Assembly (NCBI GenBank): GCA_035581425.1 | Contig: DATJVP010000081.1 | Coordinates: forward strand, 6-64,005 | Source of the DNA: Stellaceae bacterium | GTDB lineage: Bacteria; Pseudomonadota; Alphaproteobacteria; ATCC43930; CGMCC-115725 | DNA: 64,000 nt | Direction: 5' to 3' | Part shown: one piece after another, positions 1 to 9,771 of the stretch | Layout of the letters: the number at the start of each line of letters is the position of its first letter | Position numbering within the stretch: the stretch's first letter is position 1 | Notes under the pieces: generated by a model | Database searches by the model: none | Seen by the model: the letters and a program-made list of their open reading frames with translations, nothing else | Told to the model about the DNA's origin: nothing | Position numbers and translations under genes: made by a program

Positions 1-425
1 AGCAGGGTCGTGACCAGCCCCTCGGCGCCGGGATAGGGCTTCCATTCGGCTTTGCCGGTGTCGATGACGACGTGCGCGCCGTCATCGGGCGCGATCTGCC
101 GGAGCTTCACGAGGATCGTGCAGCCCTCACGGCTCAGGGGCCGATGGCGCGAGCCCGGGGGATTGCGCACGTAAGTTCCGGCGGGATAGTCGCCGTGCTC
201 GTCTGAGAAGACGCCCTCCAGCACCAGGAACTCCTCGCCGCCGCCGTGCTCGTGGGGGTCGAAGACGCTGCCGGGGGCGTAGCGCACGAGGCTTGTCGCG
301 CGCGCGACCTCGCCGCCGTCACGGTCCAGCATCTTGCGCTCCACTCCGGGAAGCGGCGAGGGCGTCCACGGTATCTCCGCCGTCCGCACCACCGCGCGCA
401 AGCTCAAATCCGCATTGACGAGCAT
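1..425 (-). CDS. cupin domain protein (ChrR-like cupin); its C-terminal end runs off the window
   Basis: Own minus-strand translation in the frame of the ATG at 330-332: [96 protein letters not shown]... It is absent from the ORF track because no stop lies inside the window. Clear paralog of 593..1276. GGAG lies about 8 nt upstream of the ATG at 425; an alternative in-frame ATG is at 530. Confidence 0.6.
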   Translation of the reverse strand, partial: MLVNADLSLRAVVRTAEIPWTPSPLPGVERKMLDRDGGEVARATSLVRYAPGSVFDPHEHGGGEEFLVLEGVFSDEHGDYPAGTYVRNPPGSRHRPLSREGCTILVKLRQIAPDDGAHVVIDTGKAEWKPYPGAEGLVTTL

Positions 426-592
426 GTCCTTCTCCACCCGCGAAAGTGCGTGCAACGACCGAGACTCGCGACACTCGCGTGGGATGTCAATGTTTGCAAA
501 ATCAAATTCACGACAGACGGAGTGAGGCATCGAGCGGTCTGCGGCGAAGCCGCAACTCCATTTCTCACTGCCCCCTCGTCTCTGTGGCGAGC

Positions 593-1276
593 CTATTGCG
601 ACTTCGCCAGATGGCCGGATTTGACGTAGAGGAGACAGCCCCGCTCGCTTCGGGGCTCGTGGCTGCTCATCGCGGGATAGCGCAGCCAGGTGCCGGCGCG
701 ATGCTCGCCGAACTCGTCGCGGAGCGCGCCGGAGATCACGTAGATCTCTTCGCCGCCGAGATGGCGATGCGGCATCTGTCGCGCGCCGCGCGCGAGGCGC
801 AGGAGGAGGACGCTCTCCGATCCCCGGCGATAGAGCGGCAGCGCACTCACGCCCTCGCCGAAGCCCGCGATCCATCGTCCGCGCCGCGGATCCACCACCA
901 CGCGCAGATCGTCCGCCGCCGTCATCTGCCGGCTCTTGACGAGCATGAGACAGCCTGGACGCGTTGTCGGCCGGTGCGAGGAGCCCGGCGGATTGCGTAC
1001 GTAGACGCCGGCGCCGTACTCGCCGTGCTCGTCCGCGAAGCTGCCGTCGAGCACCAGCACTTCCTCGCCGGCCTCGTGCACGTGGTGATCGAGCGGCTGC
1101 CGATCCGGCCAGAGCATCAGGGCGGTGTAGCTTCCGGGCGCGCCACCGCTGTGCTCCAGAAGCTTCCAGACGGCGCCGGGGACCGCGCAGGGCTTCCAGC
1201 TCAATACATCGCTCGCGATCCGCACGCGCTGGCGTGGATCGGCGTTGACGGTGATGACATCGCGGCGCTCGCTCAT
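593..1276 (-). CDS. bicupin protein (two ChrR-like cupin modules)
   Basis: 227-aa ORF with two repeats of the cupin pattern (HxHxxxEExLVLxG ... [12 protein letters not shown] and [14 protein letters not shown] ... SSHEP). Confidence 0.7.
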   Translation of the reverse strand: MSERRDVITVNADPRQRVRIASDVLSWKPCAVPGAVWKLLEHSGGAPGSYTALMLWPDRQPLDHHVHEAGEEVLVLDGSFADEHGEYGAGVYVRNPPGSSHRPTTRPGCLMLVKSRQMTAADDLRVVVDPRRGRWIAGFGEGVSALPLYRRGSESVLLLRLARGARQMPHRHLGGEEIYVISGALRDEFGEHRAGTWLRYPAMSSHEPRSERGCLLYVKSGHLAKSQ

Positions 1277-1408
1277 AATCGAGCAAGCGTCGACCGAGAC
1301 GCGCGGCTTGTCAATTACGCGCGGGGTCGACGACGCAATTTGCGCACGATGGAAATCGAAGCTCAGTACGCCGCGGTTTCCTCCATCTCGCCTGCGTCCG
1401 CGAGCGAG

Positions 1409-4276
1409 CTATTGCGCTGCGACCTCGTCGGCGCGGCGGCGGCGCACCGGCGGCTTCGCCTCGGGCTCGCCGCCGGGCTCGGCGAGCACTTCGATCAGGC
1501 GCTCGCGGATGTCCGCGACCTTCTTCTCGTGCTCGACTTTGTGCCCGAAGAGGTCCTTGACGTAGAAGACGTCGACGACCTTCTCGCCATAGGTCGAGAT
1601 CTTCGCGGAGAAGATCTGCAGATTGAGCTGGGTCAGCGCGCGCGTGAGCTCGAAGAGCAAGCCGGGCCGGTCGCGGCCGTTGACCTCGATCACCGTGTGC
1701 GCGGCGCTCGCGCGGTTGTCGATGAGGACGCGCGGCGGCACGCTGAAGGCGCGGGTACGCGCGGGATAGGCCTTGGGCGCGCCGAGCTCCACATGCGGTT
1801 TCCGCTCGCCCGTCAGCACGTGCTCGAAGAACACCGCGAGCTTCGCAAGCTTCTCGGGACGGTCGAAAGCGCCGCCCTCCGCGTCCTGTACCAAGAACGT
1901 ATCGAGCGCCATGCCGTTTGCCAGCGTCAAAATCTTGGCGTCGACGATGTTGGCGCCCGCGAGCGCGAGCGCGCCTGCCATCCGTGAGAAGAGGCCGGGA
2001 TGGTCGGCCGTGTAGAGCGTCACCTCCGTCACGGAAATCTTGGGATCGACCCGCGTCTCGACCGAGAGTGGCTGGCGGCGCCGCTCCGCCTCGCGCATGA
2101 GCCGCGCATGCCGCGCGAGCGTCTCCGGCTCGAAGGAGACCCAATAGGTGGGGTAAGCGCGCGCAACGAACTCAGCGAATTCCGCCTCCGAGAAATCCGG
2201 GAGCAGCGCGCGCACGGCCTCTTGCGCAGCCGAGACGCGCGCCGCGCCCTCATCTGCGAGAAGCCCGCCCGACATCACCTCGACGGTGCGGTGATAAAGC
2301 TCGCGCAGAAGGCTCGCCTTCCAGCCATTCCAGACCTTGGGCCCAACCGCACGGATGTCCGCCGCGGTCAGGATGAGAAGGAGCTTCAGCCGCTCCGGCG
2401 ATTGCACCTTCTCCGCGAAATCCCTGATGGTCTGGGGATCGTCGATGTCGCGCTTGAAGGCGGTGTTGCTCATGAGGAGGTGCCAGCGCACGAGCCAGGC
2501 CACCGTCTCCGTCTCCTCTTCGCTGAGGCCGACGCGCGGGCCCAGCCTCTGCGCGACTTCCGCCCCTAGCACGGAATGGTCGCCGCCGCGGCCCTTGGCT
2601 ATGTCATGAAGGAGAACCGCGAGATAGAGCGCGCGCCGGGAATCGATCGTCGGGAAGAGCGACGTCGCCAAGGGCAGTTCGTCCTTGAGCGCCCCCGCTT
2701 CCACGTCGTGCAGGATGCCGATCGCGAAGATCGTGTGCTCGTCGACGGTGTAGTGATGGTACATGTCGTACTGCATCTGCGCGACGACGCGCCCGAAATC
2801 CGGAACGAAGCGCCCGAAGACGCCGGCCTCGTTCATGCGCCGGAGCGCGATCGCCGGTGACTTCCGCGAGGTCAGGATCTCCATGAAGATCCGATTCGCC
2901 TCGGGATCGGCACGGAGCTTCTGGTCGATGAGCTTCAGCGACTGTGTGACGAGGCGCAGCGCGTGCGGATGGATGTCGACCTCGTGCTCGTCCGCGACCT
3001 GGAAGAGACGGACCAGGTTCGCGGGATCAACGGCGAAGGCGGTCTCGGAGGCGACGTCGAGCCGGCCGCGGTCCATGACAAAGGCGCCGATCTGCTTCCG
3101 GAAGAAACTCCAGCGCCGGAGCAGGAAGGGCCGGCGCTGCTGCTCCGCCTCGAGCTGGGCGCAGAAGATGCGCGTCAAGTCGCCGACGTCCTTCGCGACC
3201 AGGAAGTAGTGCTTCATGAAGCGCTCGACCCCGCGCGTCCCCGCGTGGTCGGTGTAGCCCATGCGCCGTCCGATCTCGTTCTGCAGGTCGAAGGTGAGGC
3301 GGTCCTCGGCGCGGCCGGCGATCCAGTGCATATGGCAGCGCACGGTCCAGAGGAAATTCTGCGCGCGCTGGAAACGCCGGGACTCCTTGGCCGTGAGCAC
3401 GCCGAGCTCCACGAGCTTCTCGACGTCGTCGATGCGGTAGATGAACTTCGCGATCCAGAAGAGCGTGTGCAGGTCGCGTAGCCCGCCCTTCCCTTCCTTG
3501 ATATTGGGCTCGACCTGATAGCGGCTGTCGCCGAGACGGGTGTGGCGCTCGTCGCGCTCCGCGAGCTTCGCCTCCACGAACTCCGCGGCCGAGCCCTTGA
3601 GGACCGCGCTCTCGAAGCGCTGCCGGAGCTCCGCATGCAGCCGCTGGTCGCCCCAGAGGTAGCGCGATTCCAGCAGCGCCGTGCGGATCGTGAGGTCGCC
3701 CTTGGCTAGGCGAATGCACTCCTCGACTGTGCGTGTGGAGTGCCCGACCTTTAGGCTCATGTCCCAGAGCGTATAGAGCAGGTATTCCACGACCTGCTCG
3801 ATATGGGGCGTGCGCTTATAGGGCAGCAGGAAGAGGAGGTCGATGTCCGAGAATGGCGCGAGCTCGCCGCGCCCGTAGCCGCCGACCGCCACCACCGCCA
3901 TGTGCTCGCCCGCGGTCGGGTTCGCGAGCGGATAGACCTTGGTCGTGACGAAGTCGTAGAGCGCGCGGACGATCTGATCCGTGAGGAAGCTCAGCGCGCG
4001 CACGGTCTCCGCGCCCGTGGCGGCGCCGCTCTCGAAGCGCTCGCGCACGGTGAGGCGTCCTGCCTGAAGCGCCTGCCGGATCGTCTCCACGACCTTGCGC
4101 CGGTCGGGCTCGCCCTCCTCGGCAAGAGCAGCCAAGCGCTCAAAAAGCGCGAGGCGGTCCAGGATTTCGCGCTGGCGTACAGGCTTTTGCGCGATTGCGG
4201 TCTCGTTCACCGGCGATCGGTCCTCATCCTTGGCGGAGATCTCCCGAGTAATGCCCCCTTTACGAGGTCGAGACAA
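1409..4276 (-). CDS. glnD: [protein-PII] uridylyltransferase / uridylyl-removing enzyme
   Basis: 955-aa ORF. It has a nucleotidyltransferase region (GGYGRGELAPFSDIDLLFL), an HD domain (LLHDIAKGRGGDHS) and two C-terminal ACT-like regions. An in-frame GTG at 4210 would give a 4-nt GTGA overlap with the upstream gene stop and may be the real start. Confidence 0.93.
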   Translation of the reverse strand: MSRPRKGGITREISAKDEDRSPVNETAIAQKPVRQREILDRLALFERLAALAEEGEPDRRKVVETIRQALQAGRLTVRERFESGAATGAETVRALSFLTDQIVRALYDFVTTKVYPLANPTAGEHMAVVAVGGYGRGELAPFSDIDLLFLLPYKRTPHIEQVVEYLLYTLWDMSLKVGHSTRTVEECIRLAKGDLTIRTALLESRYLWGDQRLHAELRQRFESAVLKGSAAEFVEAKLAERDERHTRLGDSRYQVEPNIKEGKGGLRDLHTLFWIAKFIYRIDDVEKLVELGVLTAKESRRFQRAQNFLWTVRCHMHWIAGRAEDRLTFDLQNEIGRRMGYTDHAGTRGVERFMKHYFLVAKDVGDLTRIFCAQLEAEQQRRPFLLRRWSFFRKQIGAFVMDRGRLDVASETAFAVDPANLVRLFQVADEHEVDIHPHALRLVTQSLKLIDQKLRADPEANRIFMEILTSRKSPAIALRRMNEAGVFGRFVPDFGRVVAQMQYDMYHHYTVDEHTIFAIGILHDVEAGALKDELPLATSLFPTIDSRRALYLAVLLHDIAKGRGGDHSVLGAEVAQRLGPRVGLSEEETETVAWLVRWHLLMSNTAFKRDIDDPQTIRDFAEKVQSPERLKLLLILTAADIRAVGPKVWNGWKASLLRELYHRTVEVMSGGLLADEGAARVSAAQEAVRALLPDFSEAEFAEFVARAYPTYWVSFEPETLARHARLMREAERRRQPLSVETRVDPKISVTEVTLYTADHPGLFSRMAGALALAGANIVDAKILTLANGMALDTFLVQDAEGGAFDRPEKLAKLAVFFEHVLTGERKPHVELGAPKAYPARTRAFSVPPRVLIDNRASAAHTVIEVNGRDRPGLLFELTRALTQLNLQIFSAKISTYGEKVVDVFYVKDLFGHKVEHEKKVADIRERLIEVLAEPGGEPEAKPPVRRRRADEVAAQ

Positions 4277-4815
4277 GCCTCGAACCCCCGAAGGTCGCGG
4301 AAGCGCTCCTCGGCCGGAACGGCGATGCGAATCAAGGGGTAGCCGCCCTCGCGGAGGCCGGCGTCGAGCATGAGATTATCGGCATTGCCGAAGTCCTCGA
4401 CCGCCATGCCCGCGGCATCGACCCACGCCCCGCCCTTCTGTTCAGGCAACACCATCCCAGCGGCCCGGGCGCGCGTGAGGTAATCCTCGGCGACGTTGCT
4501 ATAGGCGAAGGCAGGCTTGCCGAGGCCGACGAGCATGCCGAGCTCGAATACCGTCCCGACATCGGCACTGATCCCGCGGAACGGGGTCAGGTCGAAGATC
4601 CCGGCATCGGCCTCCGCGATCATCGCGATGCAGCCGCGATAGATCAACCGATCCCGCTGTCCCGCGCCCTCAACCTCGGGGGCTCCAGCGTCGAGGGGAT
4701 AAAGCCCCTCGACTCCATGCTGCTGGCAAAGCGCCTGCTTCCGTCGACCGATCTCAATCGCATCCGGCAGAAACACACCCGGTCCTGCCAAATAGATCTT
4801 GGGCCGGCCGGTCAA
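4207..4815 (-). CDS. nucleoside 2-deoxyribosyltransferase family protein
   Basis: 202-aa ORF. KIYLAGPGVF ... DLTPFRGISADVGTVFELG matches the remembered NDT-family signature (YLAGP ... D.GT.FE.G). Confidence 0.7.
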   Translation of the reverse strand: MTGRPKIYLAGPGVFLPDAIEIGRRKQALCQQHGVEGLYPLDAGAPEVEGAGQRDRLIYRGCIAMIAEADAGIFDLTPFRGISADVGTVFELGMLVGLGKPAFAYSNVAEDYLTRARAAGMVLPEQKGGAWVDAAGMAVEDFGNADNLMLDAGLREGGYPLIRIAVPAEERFRDLRGFEACLDLVKGALLGRSPPRMRTDRR

Positions 4816-4977
4816 CGGAGCCTCGGAAATCGTGGCATATCGGCAGCGCAGTCTACCACCGTGGAACCGGCTCCGTCGCGACGCGATGTCACTAGCGGCA
4901 TTCCCCGGAGAGCGCTAGCATCCAAAAAAATGCCATATGAAACAAGAACAAAACGACTCCAGGAAGGGGACCCCGAG

Positions 4978-6303
4978 ATGGCCATGACAAGCGCGACACC
5001 CTCCGGCCTTTCCGATACCGAGCATCGCAGCCAGCTCCGCCGCGCAGTAGTCGCCAGCACGGTCGGGACGGCGATCGAGTGGTACGACTTTTTCCTCTAT
5101 GGAACGGTCGCGGCGCTCGTCTTTCCGAAGCTCTATTTCCCGAACGACGATCCGCTCGTCGGTACTTTGAACGCGTTCGGCATCTACGCCGTGGGCTTCG
5201 TCGCGCGTCCCGTCGGCGCCGCCATCTTCGGCCACTTCGGCGATCGCATTGGACGCAAGGCGACGCTGATCGCGACACTCATGCTGATGGGCATCGCGAC
5301 CTTCCTCGTCGCCTTCGTGCCGGGCTATGCCAGCATCGGCATCTGGGGCGCGGTCATCCTCACGCTCCTGCGACTCATCCAGGGGATCGGCGTAGGCGGA
5401 GAATGGGGCGGCTCGGTGCTGCTCTCGATGGAATGGGCGCGAAACAACGGATCGCGTGGCCTCGTCGCCTCTTGGCCGCAATTCGGCGTGCCCTGCGGTT
5501 TGTTCCTCTCGAACCTCGCCTTCCTCGCCTTCAGCGCCTATGCCGGCGACCAGTTCGTCGTCTGGGGCTGGCGCATTCCGTTCTTCCTCAGCATCATCCT
5601 CGTGGGCATCGGACTTTGGATCAGGCTGGGCATCCTGGAGACGCCGGTCTTCAGCAAACTCATCGCGGAGAAGAAGGTCGAGCGCCAGCCGACGCTCGAG
5701 GTGATCCGCCGGAACTGGCGCGAGATCATTCTCTCTGCCTTCGTGCGACTTGCGGAGCAGGCGCCTTTCTACATTTTCACCGCCTACGTCTTCTCTTACG
5801 GCACCGGCGTGCTCAAGGTGTCGCGCGACTTCCTGCTGATGGCGGTGATGGCAGCGTCGGTGCTCTCCTTCGTCTCGATTCCGCTCTCGGGCCACATCTC
5901 CGACCTGATCGGGCGGAAGAGGATGTACATGCTGGGAGCCGTATGCGTCGGCATCTTCGGCTTCATCTACTTCGGGATGCTCAATACGGGCTCGTTGACG
6001 CTGGTCTTCATCGCAATCTTCCTGTCCCTCGTCCCCCACGACATGATGTATGGGCCGCAGGCGGCGCTCATCGCGGAGTCCTTCACGGGACGCCTGCGCT
6101 ACAGCGGCGCCTCGCTGGGATATCAGCTCGCCTCCATTATTGCCGGCGGGCCCGCTCCCTTCATCGCGACGTGGCTCTTCCAGAAATATCAGTCGGGCTA
6201 CGCGATTGCCGGCTACATCCTCGTCTGCGCCGTCATCACGCTCATCGCGACCGCGATGATGACGGACTACACCGGCAAGGACATCGAGGGGGAATACGAG
6301 TAA
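4978..6303 (+). CDS. MFS transporter, metabolite:H+ symporter (MHS, ProP/KgtP-like) family
   Basis: GTAIEWYDFFLYG and GHFGDRIGRK motifs and about 12 predicted hydrophobic helices. Start placed at ATG 4978, preceded by AGGAAGGGGA. The ORF-track start at 4717 would overlap the divergent gene. Confidence 0.85.
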   Translation: MAMTSATPSGLSDTEHRSQLRRAVVASTVGTAIEWYDFFLYGTVAALVFPKLYFPNDDPLVGTLNAFGIYAVGFVARPVGAAIFGHFGDRIGRKATLIATLMLMGIATFLVAFVPGYASIGIWGAVILTLLRLIQGIGVGGEWGGSVLLSMEWARNNGSRGLVASWPQFGVPCGLFLSNLAFLAFSAYAGDQFVVWGWRIPFFLSIILVGIGLWIRLGILETPVFSKLIAEKKVERQPTLEVIRRNWREIILSAFVRLAEQAPFYIFTAYVFSYGTGVLKVSRDFLLMAVMAASVLSFVSIPLSGHISDLIGRKRMYMLGAVCVGIFGFIYFGMLNTGSLTLVFIAIFLSLVPHDMMYGPQAALIAESFTGRLRYSGASLGYQLASIIAGGPAPFIATWLFQKYQSGYAIAGYILVCAVITLIATAMMTDYTGKDIEGEYE

Positions 6304-6364
6304 GACTCCGGGACCGGGGAGCGCGCACCGCTCCCCGGCGCCCTTCAGCACGGAGAGATCGCAC

Positions 6365-7000
6365 GTGTCCTACAAGCTCTATTATTATCCCGGCAACGCG
6401 AACCTCACGCCGCACATGGTGCTGGAGGAGATCGGCGCGCCCTACGAGCTCGTCCTGCTCGATCGCAGCAAGAACGCGCACAAGGCGTCGGAATACCTGA
6501 AGCTCAATCCCCACGGTCGCATTCCGACTCTGGTGGATGGCGACCTCGTGCTCTACGAGACCGCTGCGATCTGCCTCCACCTTATCGACCGCCACCCCAA
6601 AGCGGGACTCGCCCCCGAGCTAGGCAGCGCCGAGCGGGCGCAGTTCTACAAGTGGATGATCTATCTCACCAACACCGTCCAAGCCGAGATGATCGTCTAT
6701 TTTTATCCCGAGCGCTGGTCCGAGACCGCCTCGGCCGACGTGAAGCGTCACGCCGAGGCGCATCTCGATGGGATGTTCGATCAGATCGAGAAGGATCTCG
6801 CGGCAGCGGGCCCCTATCTCCTGGGCAACCGTTTCTCCGCTGCGGATCTGTTTCTTACGATGCTCTCGCGCTGGAGCCGCGGCTTCACTCGGCCCGCCCG
6901 CACCCGCCCGGCGCTCGCGCGGCTCCTCGAGCGGGTGGCGGCGCGCCCGGCGGTGCAGCGGGCTTTCGCGGGAGAGGGGATCACGGCGCCGTTCTATTGA
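6365..7000 (+). CDS. glutathione S-transferase
   Basis: 211-aa ORF with a GTG start. The N-terminal thioredoxin-like GST fold pattern is present (KLYYYPGNANLTPHMVLEE ... NPHGRIPTLVDGDLVLYETAAI), followed by a C-terminal helical domain. Confidence 0.85.
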   Translation: MSYKLYYYPGNANLTPHMVLEEIGAPYELVLLDRSKNAHKASEYLKLNPHGRIPTLVDGDLVLYETAAICLHLIDRHPKAGLAPELGSAERAQFYKWMIYLTNTVQAEMIVYFYPERWSETASADVKRHAEAHLDGMFDQIEKDLAAAGPYLLGNRFSAADLFLTMLSRWSRGFTRPARTRPALARLLERVAARPAVQRAFAGEGITAPFY

Positions 7001-7010
7001 GTGGCAACGC

Positions 7011-7319
7011 TCAGCCCGCCCGCTTCCACGACACTTTCATTTCTTCGCGGAAGGCGAAGCGCTCGAGGTGGCGGCCGACCACTTCCTCGAGGCGCGCGAG
7101 CCCCTCTTCCTCGCCGGCGCTGACGCGCAGGACGAGCAAGCCCGCTGCCGCCGCATCGAGCTCGCAGACGCCGGCCGGGAACTCGATGCGGCCATAGGAT
7201 TCCTCGATCTCGACCGGGAGCTTGTGCCGGAAATGCTTGCAGAGCTGGCCGAGGTAGCGCCGCGCCGCGGCCGTCGGCACGCGTGCCTCGGCGGCGAGGA
7301 GTGTCTCAGTCCCGCTCAT
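7011..7319 (-). CDS. DUF2218 domain protein
   Basis: 102 aa. RYLGQLCKHFRHK ... GRIEFPAGVCEL ... RHLERFAFRE matches the remembered DUF2218 pattern. ATGA overlap with the padR-like gene upstream. Confidence 0.75.
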   Translation of the reverse strand: MSGTETLLAAEARVPTAAARRYLGQLCKHFRHKLPVEIEESYGRIEFPAGVCELDAAAAGLLVLRVSAGEEEGLARLEEVVGRHLERFAFREEMKVSWKRAG

Positions 7320-7918
7320 CAGATTTTCTCCACTTTGGCCGCCGCCGCATCCAGCACCGCCGCCAATTCATCGACCTGCTCCGCGCTCAGCGGACCTCGT
7401 GCAAGCCGCATCCGCAGCGCGAGCTTCAGGTTTTCGACGGCGCGCGCGACTTGCGGCGCCCGCCCGCCACCGTGTCTCCGGCTCGCTTCTGCCATGCGGG
7501 ATAGAAGGCCATCGAGTGCCGGGCGGTTCGCCTCGAGATAGGCACGGCCCTGCGGGGTGACTTCGTGCAGCTTCTTCGTGCTCTCGGACTCGGCGCTGAC
7601 GGTCACGTAGCCGAGCTCTTCCAGCAGCGTCAGCGTTGGATAGATCACGCCCGGACTGGGGCTATAGGCGCCGCCGACCCGCTCCTCGATCGCCTTGATG
7701 ATCTCGTAGCCGTGGCACGGCTTCTCCGCGATGAGATTGAGGATGACCAGGCGTAAATCGCCATGGGCGAAGAACCGGCGAAGGCCGAACCCGCCACCGC
7801 CGTCGTGGCGCCATCGGCCGCCGAAGTGCCGGCCTCCCTCATGATCCCGCTCCCCTCGGACGAAGCGCCGCCAGCGGTCGCGTAGCGTGTGTTCGTCATG
7901 TGAATGTCTATGTTTCAT
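7319..7918 (-). CDS. PadR family transcriptional regulator
   Basis: LRLVILNLIAEKPCHGYEIIKAIEERVGGAYSPSPGVIYPTLTLLEELGYV is the typical PadR winged-helix signature. Confidence 0.88.
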   Translation of the reverse strand: MKHRHSHDEHTLRDRWRRFVRGERDHEGGRHFGGRWRHDGGGGFGLRRFFAHGDLRLVILNLIAEKPCHGYEIIKAIEERVGGAYSPSPGVIYPTLTLLEELGYVTVSAESESTKKLHEVTPQGRAYLEANRPALDGLLSRMAEASRRHGGGRAPQVARAVENLKLALRMRLARGPLSAEQVDELAAVLDAAAAKVEKI

Positions 7919-7934
7919 GGTGTCTCCGATTGTG

Positions 7935-7967
7935 TTTCGATATAACGAAGATACAGATATATCGAAA
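7935..7967. promoter_or_regulatory. perfect 10-bp inverted repeat TTTCGATATA-N13-TATATCGAAA, candidate PadR operator
   Basis: Read directly: 7935-7944 TTTCGATATA and 7958-7967 TATATCGAAA. It lies 17 nt upstream of the padR-like start codon, in an AT-rich patch. Confidence 0.45.
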
Positions 7968-8138
7968 TCGCGGCCTGCGCAAGGGCCTTTTCACCGGCCT
8001 CAATGCCGCAATGGCTCGCTCACAGGCGAACTGAAGCGCAGCAAGTGATCTCGCTAGTGACGGGGCAACGCGCCGTGCGTCGAAGGACGCACGAAGCGAT
8101 TTTCCTCGCCCCCGCGGTACCCGAATCAAAATTTTGAA

Positions 8139-8888
8139 CTATTTCGGCGCGGTCTCGGCCGCCAGTTTCTCGTAGCGGGTGCGGCTGTGGTTGAGGTGCC
8201 GCTGCATCGCGGAGCGCGCTTGCGCGGGTGAGTGTCCGCGGATCGCGCTCAGGATCTGCTCGTGCTCCTGCTGAAAGAGCTCGAGCTGGCGGCGCTTCGT
8301 CGGGGGCGCCGACCGGCGCCAGGCGGTCCGCCGCGGGATGATGAAGCGACCGAGATATTCCAGAAACCGTCGGAATTGCGGGTTCCCGGTTGCCTCCGCG
8401 ATCTCACAATGGAAGGCGAAATCCTGATCGACCGCGGTTCCGCCCTTGGCTATATCGGCGTTGATCGCGGTAAAGCAGTCCGCGATTTTCTTGACCTGTG
8501 CGGGTGAAGCGCGCTCGGCGGCGAGGCCGGCGGCCTCGACCTCGACCCCCGTGCGCAGCTCCATCACATTGAGCACGTCGCGCAGCGGCGAGCGCTCGTC
8601 GAATTCCACCCGGAACGGCCGCCGGACGTAGTCCGCGACGAATGCGCCCACGCCTTGCCGCGTCATCACGAGGCCGTCCGCGCGCAGCGCCGCCACCGCC
8701 TCGCGCACGACCGTCCGGCTCACGCCGGTTGCGGCGATGATTTCGTGCTCCGTCGGCAGTTGCGAGCCCGGGGCAAGCTTGCCGCTGACGATGTCCGCGC
8801 TGAGCCGCGCGACGAGCTCGCTCGTGAGGGACCGCGCCGCCGGAATCGGCCTCAGGAGGTCGAGCTTGCTTTCCGAAGACTTGCCCAC
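8139..8888 (-). CDS. GntR/FadR family transcriptional regulator
   Basis: N-terminal GntR HTH (LPTEHEIIAATGVSRTVVREAVAALRADGLV) plus an FCD-type C-terminal domain. Last gene of the ABC operon. Confidence 0.88.
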   Translation of the reverse strand: MGKSSESKLDLLRPIPAARSLTSELVARLSADIVSGKLAPGSQLPTEHEIIAATGVSRTVVREAVAALRADGLVMTRQGVGAFVADYVRRPFRVEFDERSPLRDVLNVMELRTGVEVEAAGLAAERASPAQVKKIADCFTAINADIAKGGTAVDQDFAFHCEIAEATGNPQFRRFLEYLGRFIIPRRTAWRRSAPPTKRRQLELFQQEHEQILSAIRGHSPAQARSAMQRHLNHSRTRYEKLAAETAPK

Positions 8889-8907
8889 GGGCGCCCCTGA
8901 ACCTCGA

Positions 8908-9771
8908 TCAGCCCTTCACCGCGCCCGCGGTGAGACCGTGGATCAGGTGCCGTTGCAGGAAAGTGAAGAGGACGGCAACCGGCAATGTGCTCATGATGAC
9001 CCCCGCGGAGAGCGGCCCCCACTGTACCTCGTATTGCCCAACCATGTAGAGAAGACCCGCGGAGAGCGTGCGCATGCTGGTCTGGGTCGTGAAGGAGATC
9101 GCGAAGAGCAACTCGCTCCAGGAGACGACGAAGGCGAAGATCGCGGTTGCTGCAATGCCCGGCGCCGCCAAGGGGAGCACCACTCGGCAGAGCGAGCCGA
9201 AATGGCTGCAGCCGTCGATCATGGCGCTCTCCTCTAGCTCGCGCGGGATCGAGCTGAAATATCCCACCATCATCCAGACCGTGAACGGCACGGTGAAGGA
9301 GAAATTCGAGTAGATCAGCGCCTGATAGGTGTCGATGAGCCCGAGCGCGCGCCACTGCGTGAGCAGCGGCGCTATGAGAAGGACGCTCGGGAACATCTGC
9401 GTCGCCAGGAAGACCAGTAGCAGCGCGTCGCGCCCGGCGAAGCGGAAGCGCGCGATCGCGTAGCCCGCGAGGACGGAGATCACGGTGGTCGCGACCATCG
9501 TCGCCGAGCAGACCCAGAGGCTGTTGAGGAAGAAGCGGCTGAAGGGCGTGATCGGCGAGGTCCAGGCCTCAACGTAGTTCTCGAAGGTCGGGTGCTCCGG
9601 CAGATAGCGGAGCGGGGTCGCGTAGAGCTCCTGCCGGTTCTTGAGCGAGGTCAGCAGCATCCAGATGAAGGGGCCGAGCGCGAAGGCCGTGAGCCCCGCG
9701 AGCCCCGTCCAGAGCACGGGCCCGCCGAGCAGCCGCTCGGCCGCGCTCGAAGGAATGCCGCGGGCCTTCAT
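8908..9771 (-). CDS. carbohydrate-type ABC transporter permease (MalG-like)
   Basis: 287 aa, 6 predicted TM helices, EAA-loop-like IPRELEESAMIDGCSHFGSLCRVVLPLA. ATGA overlap with the upstream permease. Confidence 0.88.
   Translation of the reverse strand: MKARGIPSSAAERLLGGPVLWTGLAGLTAFALGPFIWMLLTSLKNRQELYATPLRYLPEHPTFENYVEAWTSPITPFSRFFLNSLWVCSATMVATTVISVLAGYAIARFRFAGRDALLLVFLATQMFPSVLLIAPLLTQWRALGLIDTYQALIYSNFSFTVPFTVWMMVGYFSSIPRELEESAMIDGCSHFGSLCRVVLPLAAPGIAATAIFAFVVSWSELLFAISFTTQTSMRTLSAGLLYMVGQYEVQWGPLSAGVIMSTLPVAVLFTFLQRHLIHGLTAGAVKG

Noticed and set aside
446-1987. 513-aa plus-strand ORF spanning the cupin gene and the 3-prime end of glnD.
   Set aside because: It runs antisense to two genes with clear family signatures. 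Its translation is Arg/Ala/Gly-rich and low in complexity, with no recognisable motif. This is the typical shadow ORF of a high-GC genome.
7908-8129. 73-aa minus-strand ORF in the padR-gntR intergenic region.
   Set aside because: It overlaps the AT-rich operator and promoter region, has poor codon bias and no ribosome-binding site, and its sequence is Arg-rich and low in complexity.
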